A stretch of DNA of 38,166 bases from Dehalococcoidia bacterium. Its GTDB lineage: Bacteria; Chloroflexota; Dehalococcoidia; GIF9; UBA5629. The notes under the pieces were generated by a model, which was not told where the DNA came from, did not search any database, and saw nothing but the letters and a program-made list of their open reading frames with translations. Below, piece by piece: positions 26,768 through 35,317 of this stretch. How positions within the stretch are numbered: position 1 is the stretch's first letter; every line of letters begins with the position of its first letter. The position numbers and the translations under genes are program-made. The stretch is taken from contig JADHXB010000003.1 in assembly GCA_016783155.1 (NCBI GenBank), forward strand, positions 1 to 38,166. The letters run 5' to 3'.

Positions 26768-27451
26768 ATGAGCACTAGAACCTCAACTGCGGAAGTAGAA
26801 ATTGAGGTAGACAAACGACATGTTTTGCGCCGTATCGGCTACAAAGATGATTGTGAGCCATCACCTCGAATTGCGACCTTAATCACCGAGTACGCTCAAC
26901 TCGCACAACAACTTATAAAACCATCATATTCGTATGTTATTAGAAATGTTGACATGGTGCGAAAAAGGGATGTGTTTATTGGAGACCTAGTCATGTTCCG
27001 AAGTCATGTCATTGCACGACTCTTGGAACAATGTCAGCAAGTTGGGGCTTTTCTAGTAACAATAGGCGATGAACTTGAGAAAAAGACGACTTCTCTGGCT
27101 GATGATGGGCTTATACTCGAGTCCTATGCGCTGGATGTAATAGGGTCGAGCGCTGTTGAAAAAATAGCTGAACTGGTAGAGACTGAAATAAGAAAAATGG
27201 TCTCCGCCCAGGGGTTTTGTATCAGCCGGCGTTTCAGCCCGGGTTACTGCGATTGGAGCATAAGGCAGCAGAAAGAGCTTTTTCGCATGATTGATGGTGG
27301 CTCAGTAGGGGTCCGGTTAACCACGGGATATCTAATGATGCCACAGAAGTCGATATCCGGTATTGTCGGCGTCGGCCCTTCGTGCGTAGATATAGAGACC
27401 TACAACCCCTGTAGAACCTGCAACAAACGCAATTGCTTAGGAAGGAGGTAG
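26768..27451 (+). CDS. Stand-alone B12-dependent methionine synthase activation-domain protein
   Basis: RFSPGYCDW, V.LT..YLMMPQKSISG, C-terminal CRTC...C; start uncertain (26720-26768). Confidence 0.88.
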   Translation: MSTRTSTAEVEIEVDKRHVLRRIGYKDDCEPSPRIATLITEYAQLAQQLIKPSYSYVIRNVDMVRKRDVFIGDLVMFRSHVIARLLEQCQQVGAFLVTIGDELEKKTTSLADDGLILESYALDVIGSSAVEKIAELVETEIRKMVSAQGFCISRRFSPGYCDWSIRQQKELFRMIDGGSVGVRLTTGYLMMPQKSISGIVGVGPSCVDIETYNPCRTCNKRNCLGRR

Positions 27452-27462
27452 AGCATAGGCAC

Positions 27463-28902
27463 ATGATTCGAAGAGGATTACCCGGGGGTAGCTTTAAGCC
27501 TCTTACCGACGAGGCTATCTCCATGGTGCACCAGACTGCCATGCGGATCATAGAAGAGGTAGGATTCGAAGTAAATTCAAAGACTGCGCTTGACCTCTTT
27601 GAGCAAGCTGGGGCTCGGGTTGACCGAGAAATGCGGCGGGTACGCTTGCCTGAGAATAGGGTCATGGAACTCATTAGCACAGCGCCTTCCGAAATCACGC
27701 TCTGTGGACAGCATGAGAAACATGATATTACTTTGGGAGATCAGCGAGTGTATGCGGGTACAGGAGGCACTGCACTCTACATTTATCATCCGGATACGGA
27801 CACGAAGCGAGCTGCCACACTCGAAGACCTCAGAAGCATCGCTAAACTGGTTGACGGCCTTGATAACATCCATTTTTTCCTGCTGCCAACCTATCCCACC
27901 GAGCTTTCATTGGACTGTGTTGACGTCAATCGCTTCTTCACTGGCATGGACAATACAACTAAGCATGTCATGGGAGGCGTTTATACGGTCGACGGAGTTA
28001 AACAGGTTATAAGGATGGCAGAGATCATCGCAGGCTCTGCAGAAAAGCTCAGGGAACGCCCTCTTATCTCCATGATAACCTGTAGCATAAGCCCTCTTAA
28101 GGTGGACAGTACCTACGGTGATCTATTGTTGACCATCGCCAGGAGCGGTGTGCCTCTGGCGTGTCCAGCGGAACCATTATGTGGGGCAACGTCACCTGTT
28201 ACACTTGCGGGGAACCTGGCAATCCAGACTGTGGACTCTATGATGGGCGTAATGCTTACGCAAGTCGTAAACCCAGGAACCCCGGTTATGCTCGGCTCCG
28301 TGGCCACCAATACCGACCTCACTGACCTGAAATACCTTGCTGGGTCAATTGAGATGGGGTTACTCAATGCAGCCGGCGCCCAGATGGCACAGTTCTACAA
28401 GCTTCCCTTCTACGCCACAGCTGGTATGACCGACTCGAAGACACTGGATGCTCAGAGTGGTTATGAGTCTGCCCTTACTAATCTGCTTTGTGCACTGTCT
28501 GGCGCCAATTTCATTCACGATGCTGCAGGGTTAATGGAATTCGCCATGACAGTATGCTACGAGAAGTATGTAATAGACAATGAGATACTGGGAATGGTCA
28601 TGAGGGCAGTCGAAGGTATAAAAGTCAACGAAGACACACTGGCCTTTGATCTCATCAAGCAAGTCGGGCCCGGAGGCAATTTCATCGCTGCCAAACATAC
28701 CAGACGTTTTATGCGCAATGAGCACTATCAACCTTCCCTTAGCGACAGGCACAGCAGGGAAGAATGGGAAACCAAGGGAAGAAAAAGCACGTGGGAAAGG
28801 GCATCGGAACAAGTGAAAGAGATCATCGCAGCGCATAAGCATAGCTTGCCTGCAGAGGTAAGGAGCCGGGTGCTGGCAGAAATTAAGGGGATCGTGGAGT
28901 AG
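27463..28902 (+). CDS. mttB: MttB superfamily methyltransferase, non-pyrrolysine
   Basis: NTTKHV, GATSPVTLAG, TDSK..DAQSGYE, GPGGNF; GGAGG RBS before ATG 27463. Confidence 0.93.
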   Translation: MIRRGLPGGSFKPLTDEAISMVHQTAMRIIEEVGFEVNSKTALDLFEQAGARVDREMRRVRLPENRVMELISTAPSEITLCGQHEKHDITLGDQRVYAGTGGTALYIYHPDTDTKRAATLEDLRSIAKLVDGLDNIHFFLLPTYPTELSLDCVDVNRFFTGMDNTTKHVMGGVYTVDGVKQVIRMAEIIAGSAEKLRERPLISMITCSISPLKVDSTYGDLLLTIARSGVPLACPAEPLCGATSPVTLAGNLAIQTVDSMMGVMLTQVVNPGTPVMLGSVATNTDLTDLKYLAGSIEMGLLNAAGAQMAQFYKLPFYATAGMTDSKTLDAQSGYESALTNLLCALSGANFIHDAAGLMEFAMTVCYEKYVIDNEILGMVMRAVEGIKVNEDTLAFDLIKQVGPGGNFIAAKHTRRFMRNEHYQPSLSDRHSREEWETKGRKSTWERASEQVKEIIAAHKHSLPAEVRSRVLAEIKGIVE

Positions 28903-28905
28903 AAT

Positions 28906-29715
28906 ATGCTGATAATAGGCGAGTGTATCAACGCATCAAATCGGACGGTTGCCGAGGCAATCGCCAGAAGAGATAGAGAATTTATCGAGGGTATTACAAA
29001 GACTCAGGTTGAAGCCGGAGCCGATTTTATAGACGTGAATGTCGGTGCCGGACAGGGCACTCAGGGGCAGGCGATAGAGGGTATGGAGTGGCTGGTAAAG
29101 ACAGTCCAAGCAGTTACGGACAAGCCGCTTACCATCGATAGTGACGTCCCTGGCATCATTGAAGCTGCTCTGCGCAGCTACCGTGGCGAAACGGTAATGA
29201 TCAACTCAGTTACTGCAGAGCCTGAGAGGCTGGAATCCATCGGGCCTTTAGCAGCTAGACACAAGGCATTGTTGGTGGCACTGGCCATGGGCTCCGAGGG
29301 CATACCAGATACGGTCGAGCGGCGATTGGAGACCTGTGAAACAATACTGACACGCTTGACCAGCATGGGCATGTCGGCAGAACAGATATACTTCGATCCC
29401 CTGGTGTTGCCTATATCCGTAGATTCCAGGCAAGGCCTGGTAACACTGAAGACGATAGAGCGGATAAAGGCTCGCTACCCTGCCGCAAAGACGGTAATGG
29501 GACTGAGCAACATATCTTTCGGCTTGCCCAGTAGAAAGCTGGTGAACCGTGCCTTTCTGCTGATGGCAGCCTATGCCGGTCTCGATGCCGCAATCCTTGA
29601 CCCGCGGGATGACAAGGCTATGAGTTTGGTCAGAATAAGTGACATGCTAATAGGCAAAGATGCGTTATGCAAAGGTTATATAAAGGCCTACAGGCAGGGC
29701 AAAATAGTTGACTAG
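28906..29715 (+). CDS. Methyltetrahydrofolate:corrinoid methyltransferase (AcsE-like), second copy
   Basis: IIGECIN, IDVN, IDS, INSV, GLSNISFGLP. Confidence 0.92.
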   Translation: MLIIGECINASNRTVAEAIARRDREFIEGITKTQVEAGADFIDVNVGAGQGTQGQAIEGMEWLVKTVQAVTDKPLTIDSDVPGIIEAALRSYRGETVMINSVTAEPERLESIGPLAARHKALLVALAMGSEGIPDTVERRLETCETILTRLTSMGMSAEQIYFDPLVLPISVDSRQGLVTLKTIERIKARYPAAKTVMGLSNISFGLPSRKLVNRAFLLMAAYAGLDAAILDPRDDKAMSLVRISDMLIGKDALCKGYIKAYRQGKIVD

Positions 29716-29768
29716 CAGATGGTATGCCTGCATTGGAAATTGCTAAGTAAACAAACTGGAGGACAAAA

Positions 29769-30461
29769 ATGGCAGATGACATATTAAAGCTAATTCAAGA
29801 GAATGTCATCCAGGGAAGAATTACCAAGGACGACGAGGGCTTCGACGACGGAATGGCTGGCCAGCCTGGAGTCACCGAGCTTATTGAGACGGCGCTGGCT
29901 CAGAAGATAAATCCCCAAGACATAATTAGCAAGGGACTTACCAGGGGCATGGCAATTGTGGGCGAGAAATTCGAGGCCAAGCAGTATTTCATCCCGGACA
30001 TGTTGGCATCTGCTCAAGTAGTTGGAGCAGCTATGGATATTTTAGAGCCTCACCTGGCCGGGGCTGGGGCCAAAGCTAAGGGTAAGATAATCATGGCTAC
30101 CGTGAAGGGAGACCTACACGACATTGGCAAGAACATAGTGTCGATACTGCTCCGAGGTGCAGGCTATACAGTGAAGGACCTGGGAAACGATATCGATACA
30201 TCGACTATTGTGGAGGCAGTTCGAGAAGAAAAACCTCAGTTTCTGGGGTTGTCGGCGCTGCTCATCAGCACCATGGCAAACATGGCAGACGTCATGCAGG
30301 CCCTCAAAGATGCCGGATTAAGAGACAAGGTGAAGGTAGTCATAGGCGGAGCTCCCGTCTCAGAGGAATTCGCCAAAAGCATAGGCGCCGATGGTTATGG
30401 CGCAGATGGATTTGGTGCAATCAGGGTGGTGGAATCGTTATTCAACGCTAATGCAGCTTGA
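29769..30461 (+). CDS. Corrinoid protein
   Basis: ATVKGDLHDIGKNIV, SALL, GGAP. Confidence 0.95.
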   Translation: MADDILKLIQENVIQGRITKDDEGFDDGMAGQPGVTELIETALAQKINPQDIISKGLTRGMAIVGEKFEAKQYFIPDMLASAQVVGAAMDILEPHLAGAGAKAKGKIIMATVKGDLHDIGKNIVSILLRGAGYTVKDLGNDIDTSTIVEAVREEKPQFLGLSALLISTMANMADVMQALKDAGLRDKVKVVIGGAPVSEEFAKSIGADGYGADGFGAIRVVESLFNANAA

Positions 30462-30531
30462 GCAAGTACATTGCTCAGAAATGGCACCTCGATTCGCTAT
30501 CCAGGCTTGAAATCTTAGAAGGAGGTATTGG

Positions 30532-32073
30532 ATGCCCAGAGAAGGAATATTGGTGCGCACGCCCTATGAAAGGATTACCGATGAGCAGGTCCAGCAAATT
30601 CACCACGCTTCCATGGAGATTTTGAAGGACCCTGGCCTAATATCTTTCAATAAAGAGGCAGCGGAGATATTTCACAGCAATGGTGCAGATGTTACAACGG
30701 TTTCCTCCGGAAACAACCCCTGCTGGCTAGTAAGAATACCAGAAGAACTCGTCCTCAGTGCGGTGGACAGCGCAAATAAGACAGTCAAGCTGGGTGCACG
30801 GAACCTAGAAAATATCCTGATAATGAAAGGAGACGAGCCACGGGTATTCTTTATTACCGGCTCTGAAACGAATACTTGGCTGGACGTTGATTTCCAAACC
30901 TACGTTAGAAAATCCGAGCCTGCTACTGAGATTAGGGTGCCTGAGTTCCATCCACGACGCGGAACAGTTGCTGACCTGTGCAAGTCAGCCCATGTCTGTG
31001 AGCATCTGCAGACTGTGGATGGCTACATTCGCACTGTAAATATCCAGGACAAAGACATTACAGAAGATAATAAAGACGTCAATAAGTTCTTTGCCTCTTT
31101 GAATAATACCACCAAGCATGTTATGTCAGGACTGACCAGCCTGAAACAACTGGACAACGTTGTGAGGATGGCGGAGTTGATAGTGGGAGGCAAAGAGCAA
31201 CTCAAGGAAAACCCCATCATTTCCTTTATTACCTGTTTGGTAAAAAGCCCTCTACAGTTCGTTGAGGATACAACAGATACTTTTATTGAGGTTTGCCGAA
31301 GAGGCTTGCCTGTGGTGGTTTCATCGTCACCTCAAGCTGGTACCAGTGCTCCCATCAAGGAAGCCGGTATTATGGCTCAAATAAATGCCGAGGTATTGGC
31401 TGGCATAACGCTGAGCCAACTGGTAAATAAGGGGACACCGGTCCTTTACGGGAGCGTGCCGGTGAGAGCACGGATGGACACCCTTGGCGATTCATACGGT
31501 TCTGTTGAAACTAGCCAGTACAACATCGATTGCGTTCAAATGGCAAGGTTCTACAAGATACCAAACTACTCTACGTCAGGAGTTTGCGATGCCAAGGTAC
31601 CGGGACAGCAATCGTCTATAGAGAGGCTGTTCTCAGATTTAGTCGTCACTTTGAGCGGACCACAGTTTCTGCATTGTGCCTACGGCCTCCTTGACTGCAA
31701 TGCCATCTTCTGCCTGCTCCAAGCCGTCTTGGATGATGCCCACTTCCAGATGATCAAATTCTTCCTAAAGCCAGCGCTAATTGGTGAAAAGGAGATTGCC
31801 GAGACCCTGAAGCAGATAAGAGAAGTGGTCGCAACGCCTCAGAAGATGTACATTCGCCACATTCGCTCCGTGATGCGCAGCGGAGAGATCTCATCACCTT
31901 ATCCTTTTGAAGGGGATCTGGCAAACGATAATGTGTTCGCACTAGCCTACGAGAGGATGAATGAGCTTCTGGCAAAGCCTGTAGAACATATAGATTCGGT
32001 TACAACTTCTAAGATATTCCAGGAGATTCCCGGCTTATTGCCCAGGCTAAACGTGTATGAAGAAAGGAGATAG
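30532..32073 (+). CDS. mttB: MttB superfamily methyltransferase, divergent, non-pyrrolysine
   Basis: NTTKHV, SPL, SAP...AG..AQINAEVLAG, CDAK. Confidence 0.88.
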   Translation: MPREGILVRTPYERITDEQVQQIHHASMEILKDPGLISFNKEAAEIFHSNGADVTTVSSGNNPCWLVRIPEELVLSAVDSANKTVKLGARNLENILIMKGDEPRVFFITGSETNTWLDVDFQTYVRKSEPATEIRVPEFHPRRGTVADLCKSAHVCEHLQTVDGYIRTVNIQDKDITEDNKDVNKFFASLNNTTKHVMSGLTSLKQLDNVVRMAELIVGGKEQLKENPIISFITCLVKSPLQFVEDTTDTFIEVCRRGLPVVVSSSPQAGTSAPIKEAGIMAQINAEVLAGITLSQLVNKGTPVLYGSVPVRARMDTLGDSYGSVETSQYNIDCVQMARFYKIPNYSTSGVCDAKVPGQQSSIERLFSDLVVTLSGPQFLHCAYGLLDCNAIFCLLQAVLDDAHFQMIKFFLKPALIGEKEIAETLKQIREVVATPQKMYIRHIRSVMRSGEISSPYPFEGDLANDNVFALAYERMNELLAKPVEHIDSVTTSKIFQEIPGLLPRLNVYEERR

Positions 32074-32075
32074 CA

Positions 32076-32768
32076 ATGAGTGAAGATATCATAGCCGCAC
32101 TTAAGGAAAATGTCATACAGGGAAGAAAGACAATTGCTGACGAAGGAATAGACGAAGCATTATCAGGAAAACCAGGAGTCGTGGAGTTGACGCAGTCAGC
32201 GCTGGATAACAACATTCCTCTGGAGACAATAATCGCCCAGGGCCTGACGGCAGGAATGCAGGTTGTGGGTGAGAAATTCGCCACCAAGGAATATTTTATC
32301 CCGGATATGCTGGCCTCTGCCGAAGCTGTAGGCGCAGCTATGGAAATACTGAAGCCACTTCTTGAGGCTTCAAATATAGAGACAAAGGGGAAATTTGTCA
32401 TAGCCACAGTAAAAGGGGATATTCACGATATAGGCAAGAATATCGTTGCTATCTTGCTCAAGGGCGCCGGATATGAAGTTGATGACCTGGGTGTAGATGT
32501 ACCTACGGAAAAGATTGTGGAGGTTGTCAGGGAATCGAAGCCACAGTTTTTAGGGCTTTCTGCCCTTCTGACCACCACCATGCTAGTCATGAAAGAAGTA
32601 GTCGAAGCATTGAAAAAAAGCGGAATCAGAGACAAGGTCAAGGTATTGATAGGAGGCGCAGCCGTTTCGGACGAATATGCCAGGGAAATAGGTGCTGACG
32701 CCTATTGCACTGATGGTTTTCATGCCATCAATGTACTCGATGCTTTTCAGAAATCAGGAGTGCAGTAA
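32076..32768 (+). CDS. Corrinoid protein (paralog of 29769-30461)
   Basis: ATVKGDIHDIGKNIV; shared ENVIQGR...DEG.D...G.PGV.EL N-terminus. Confidence 0.95.
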   Translation: MSEDIIAALKENVIQGRKTIADEGIDEALSGKPGVVELTQSALDNNIPLETIIAQGLTAGMQVVGEKFATKEYFIPDMLASAEAVGAAMEILKPLLEASNIETKGKFVIATVKGDIHDIGKNIVAILLKGAGYEVDDLGVDVPTEKIVEVVRESKPQFLGLSALLTTTMLVMKEVVEALKKSGIRDKVKVLIGGAAVSDEYAREIGADAYCTDGFHAINVLDAFQKSGVQ

Positions 32769-32801
32769 AGGCATTCTGACGTTTAGGAAAGGAGAGCAAT
32801 T

Positions 32802-34286
32802 ATGGCAGGAATCGCAGGAATCTTAGGGACTGACAATGGTGAGTTAGCTCAAATGCTTGACAAGATGAGGTATAGAGGTCCGCATGAGACTTGGACGAAC
32901 CGGGAACAGGGTGTAAACATCGGATGCCTTGAGCTGAATGTAGGAGGAGACGTAAAGCCAGTCTCGCACCATGCATCCGATGGCAAGAGAGATGTTACCC
33001 TTGATGGGCGTGTATATAATCCAGAGAAGGGCAGTATGTCTGACGCCGAGGCCGTGCTCCACTTGTATGATAAGTATGGCGTCGGATTTGCCAAGAAGCT
33101 GGATGGGGACTTTGCCTGTGCCATATCAGACGGGGGGCAGATGATTCTGGCTCGTGATTGGGTGGGTATAAAGCCTCTTTACTACGGGCACAGTGATGGC
33201 AGACTATGCTTTGCCTCAGAGGCAAAGGCTCTGGTAGGTATAGCTGATGATGTGAAGGAATTCCCACCAGGCTATGTTTACTCGTCGGAGCTGGGCTTCC
33301 AGAGATTTAAATCTGAAGCCGTAGAGACCCCTGAATTCGAGAACTATGAGCAGGGCAAGAAGGTAGTCCGTGAGCTTCTGATGGAAGCAGTGGAAAAGCG
33401 CATGAAAGATAATGCTGTGGGGGGAGTACTCCTAAGCGGCGGGTTAGACAGCAGTCTGATAATATATATGGCACACGAGATAAAAGCCGATATCGAGTGC
33501 TTTACCGTGAGCATGGAAGGGGGGCAGGACCTACCGCTGGCCAAGGACGTGACCAAGTACCTGGGCATCAAGCACCACATATTAATGTTCGGAGAAAAGG
33601 AGATTAAGGAGATATTGCCTCTAGCCATCCATCATCAGGAGATGTACGAAGAAAGCTGCGTTCATGGCGCCATAGCTAATTTTATCGCCGGACGTTTTGT
33701 CAGCCCGCATACCAAGTGCGTACTCACTGGTGAAGGGGCAGATGAGTTCTTCGCGGGGTATGATGGCCAGTTCAGACAGGGAAGTAACCCGGAGGAAGTC
33801 GCCAGCATAGTCGATAGGCTTATTAATGTTGCTCATAATACCGCCTTGCAGAGGCTGGACAGGCTGAATGCTGCAAATTCTTATGAGAGCCGCACCCCCT
33901 TCCTTGATTCCAAGGTGATGGATTTCAGTATGAAGATACCTATGAAACATAAAATTCACGGCGAAGAGCAAAGTGGAAAATGGATTGTACGGCAGGCTTT
34001 TGAGGGTTGCCTGCCTGAACATATCATCTATCAGACCAAGCGGTTCTTTGCCCAGGGTTCAGGAGTGGCCTATATCATGCGTGCGCAAGCTGAGAAGGAA
34101 ATATCCCAGAGCGAACTGGAGGAATTCAACAAGGTAGAGGGTCATCCATACCTGTCTTCAGTGGAAGAGTTATACTACTATAGAATCTTCAAAAAGACTT
34201 TCCCAAAGCCTGCATTTGATCGGCTGGTAGGCAGATGGGACCCATTGAGGCCAGCCTTCTTTCGTGAGCTAGAGAAGGCAGTCTAG
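32802..34286 (+). CDS. Asparagine synthetase B-like ATP-dependent amide ligase lacking the N-terminal catalytic Cys
   Basis: MAGIAG, RGP, ARDWVGIKPLYY, FASEAK, LSGGLDSS, TGEGADE, R.PFLD. Confidence 0.88.
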   Translation: MAGIAGILGTDNGELAQMLDKMRYRGPHETWTNREQGVNIGCLELNVGGDVKPVSHHASDGKRDVTLDGRVYNPEKGSMSDAEAVLHLYDKYGVGFAKKLDGDFACAISDGGQMILARDWVGIKPLYYGHSDGRLCFASEAKALVGIADDVKEFPPGYVYSSELGFQRFKSEAVETPEFENYEQGKKVVRELLMEAVEKRMKDNAVGGVLLSGGLDSSLIIYMAHEIKADIECFTVSMEGGQDLPLAKDVTKYLGIKHHILMFGEKEIKEILPLAIHHQEMYEESCVHGAIANFIAGRFVSPHTKCVLTGEGADEFFAGYDGQFRQGSNPEEVASIVDRLINVAHNTALQRLDRLNAANSYESRTPFLDSKVMDFSMKIPMKHKIHGEEQSGKWIVRQAFEGCLPEHIIYQTKRFFAQGSGVAYIMRAQAEKEISQSELEEFNKVEGHPYLSSVEELYYYRIFKKTFPKPAFDRLVGRWDPLRPAFFRELEKAV

Positions 34287-34376
34287 CAGCTTACATTTGC
34301 CGGCTTACGCGTGAACACGTGAGAAAAAGGAAAAAGCAAGGGGGCAAGGTCGCACAAGGCCAGTTTACCGTATTTT

Positions 34377-35225
34377 ATGAAATGGACTATCTTGGGCTCC
34401 GGGGGATGTGCTGTAATCCCCAAACCACTTTGCCAATGCCGGGTTTGTAGGGAAGCCAGGAAGAAAGGCGTTCCGTATGCCAGAGCAGGGCCTTCTGTTT
34501 TCCTGCATGATATCAACCTGCTAGTAGACACGCCGGCGGAGATTGTGAGTCTGCTTAACCGTTCACCTATCCGCCGTATAGATTACCTTACCTTCTCTCA
34601 TTTAGACCCTGATCATGTGGAAGGGTTTCGGGTAGTAGAGCAGATTGCGCTGGACTTTCGCACTTGGCGCGCCTATCCCCAGAAACAGATTTGTTTGCTG
34701 CTGCCTGAACAGCTAAGCGGAAGCGTGAGGAAACTAAGGTCTCAGTACGGTCCCATAGTCGATTTCTACCAGGAAAGCGGTTTTCTCAAGCTAAAGCTTT
34801 TTCATGACAAAATCCAGATCGGAGGCGTTAGGATCACCGCAATCCCTGTCGACCGTGGTTCCCAACTGGCCTTCGTTTATGTCTTTGAAAAGGCAGGCCG
34901 CAAGGTGGTTTATGCTCCCTGTGACATCAAGCCTTTTCCTGAACACAGAAATGAGGTTCAACAAGCCGATTTGTTGATTATTCAGCCGGGGATATTTGAG
35001 AAAGGACTGAAACATAGTTTCAGATACCCAGCCGAACATATCTCCAGAACAACCCTCTATACTTTTGAGCAGACCATGGATTTAGTGACACGCCTGCGAG
35101 CCAAGAAGGTTGTCTTTGTTCATTTGGAAGAATACTGGAACCGGAGCTATGACGACTATCGTGTCCTGGAGTCTAGGAACCGAAGAATATGCTTCGCCTA
35201 TGACGGCATGCAGCTAAGAGTGTAA
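34377..35225 (+). CDS. Metallo-beta-lactamase-fold hydrolase, PhnP-like
   Basis: LGSGG...P.P.CQCRVC, LVDTP, SHLDPDH, AYDGM. Confidence 0.85.
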   Translation: MKWTILGSGGCAVIPKPLCQCRVCREARKKGVPYARAGPSVFLHDINLLVDTPAEIVSLLNRSPIRRIDYLTFSHLDPDHVEGFRVVEQIALDFRTWRAYPQKQICLLLPEQLSGSVRKLRSQYGPIVDFYQESGFLKLKLFHDKIQIGGVRITAIPVDRGSQLAFVYVFEKAGRKVVYAPCDIKPFPEHRNEVQQADLLIIQPGIFEKGLKHSFRYPAEHISRTTLYTFEQTMDLVTRLRAKKVVFVHLEEYWNRSYDDYRVLESRNRRICFAYDGMQLRV

Positions 35226-35317
35226 ATAATGTTTTGGGCTTAGGCCTAAATTCCTACGATTTGGCAATTCAGTGCTAAATTGAGCGCCGCATTATCGCTG
35301 AAGTGCATTCGACCTGC

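Noticed and set aside
21023-32073. Pyrrolysine-containing MttB
   Set aside because: All four ORFs are full length with no internal TAG
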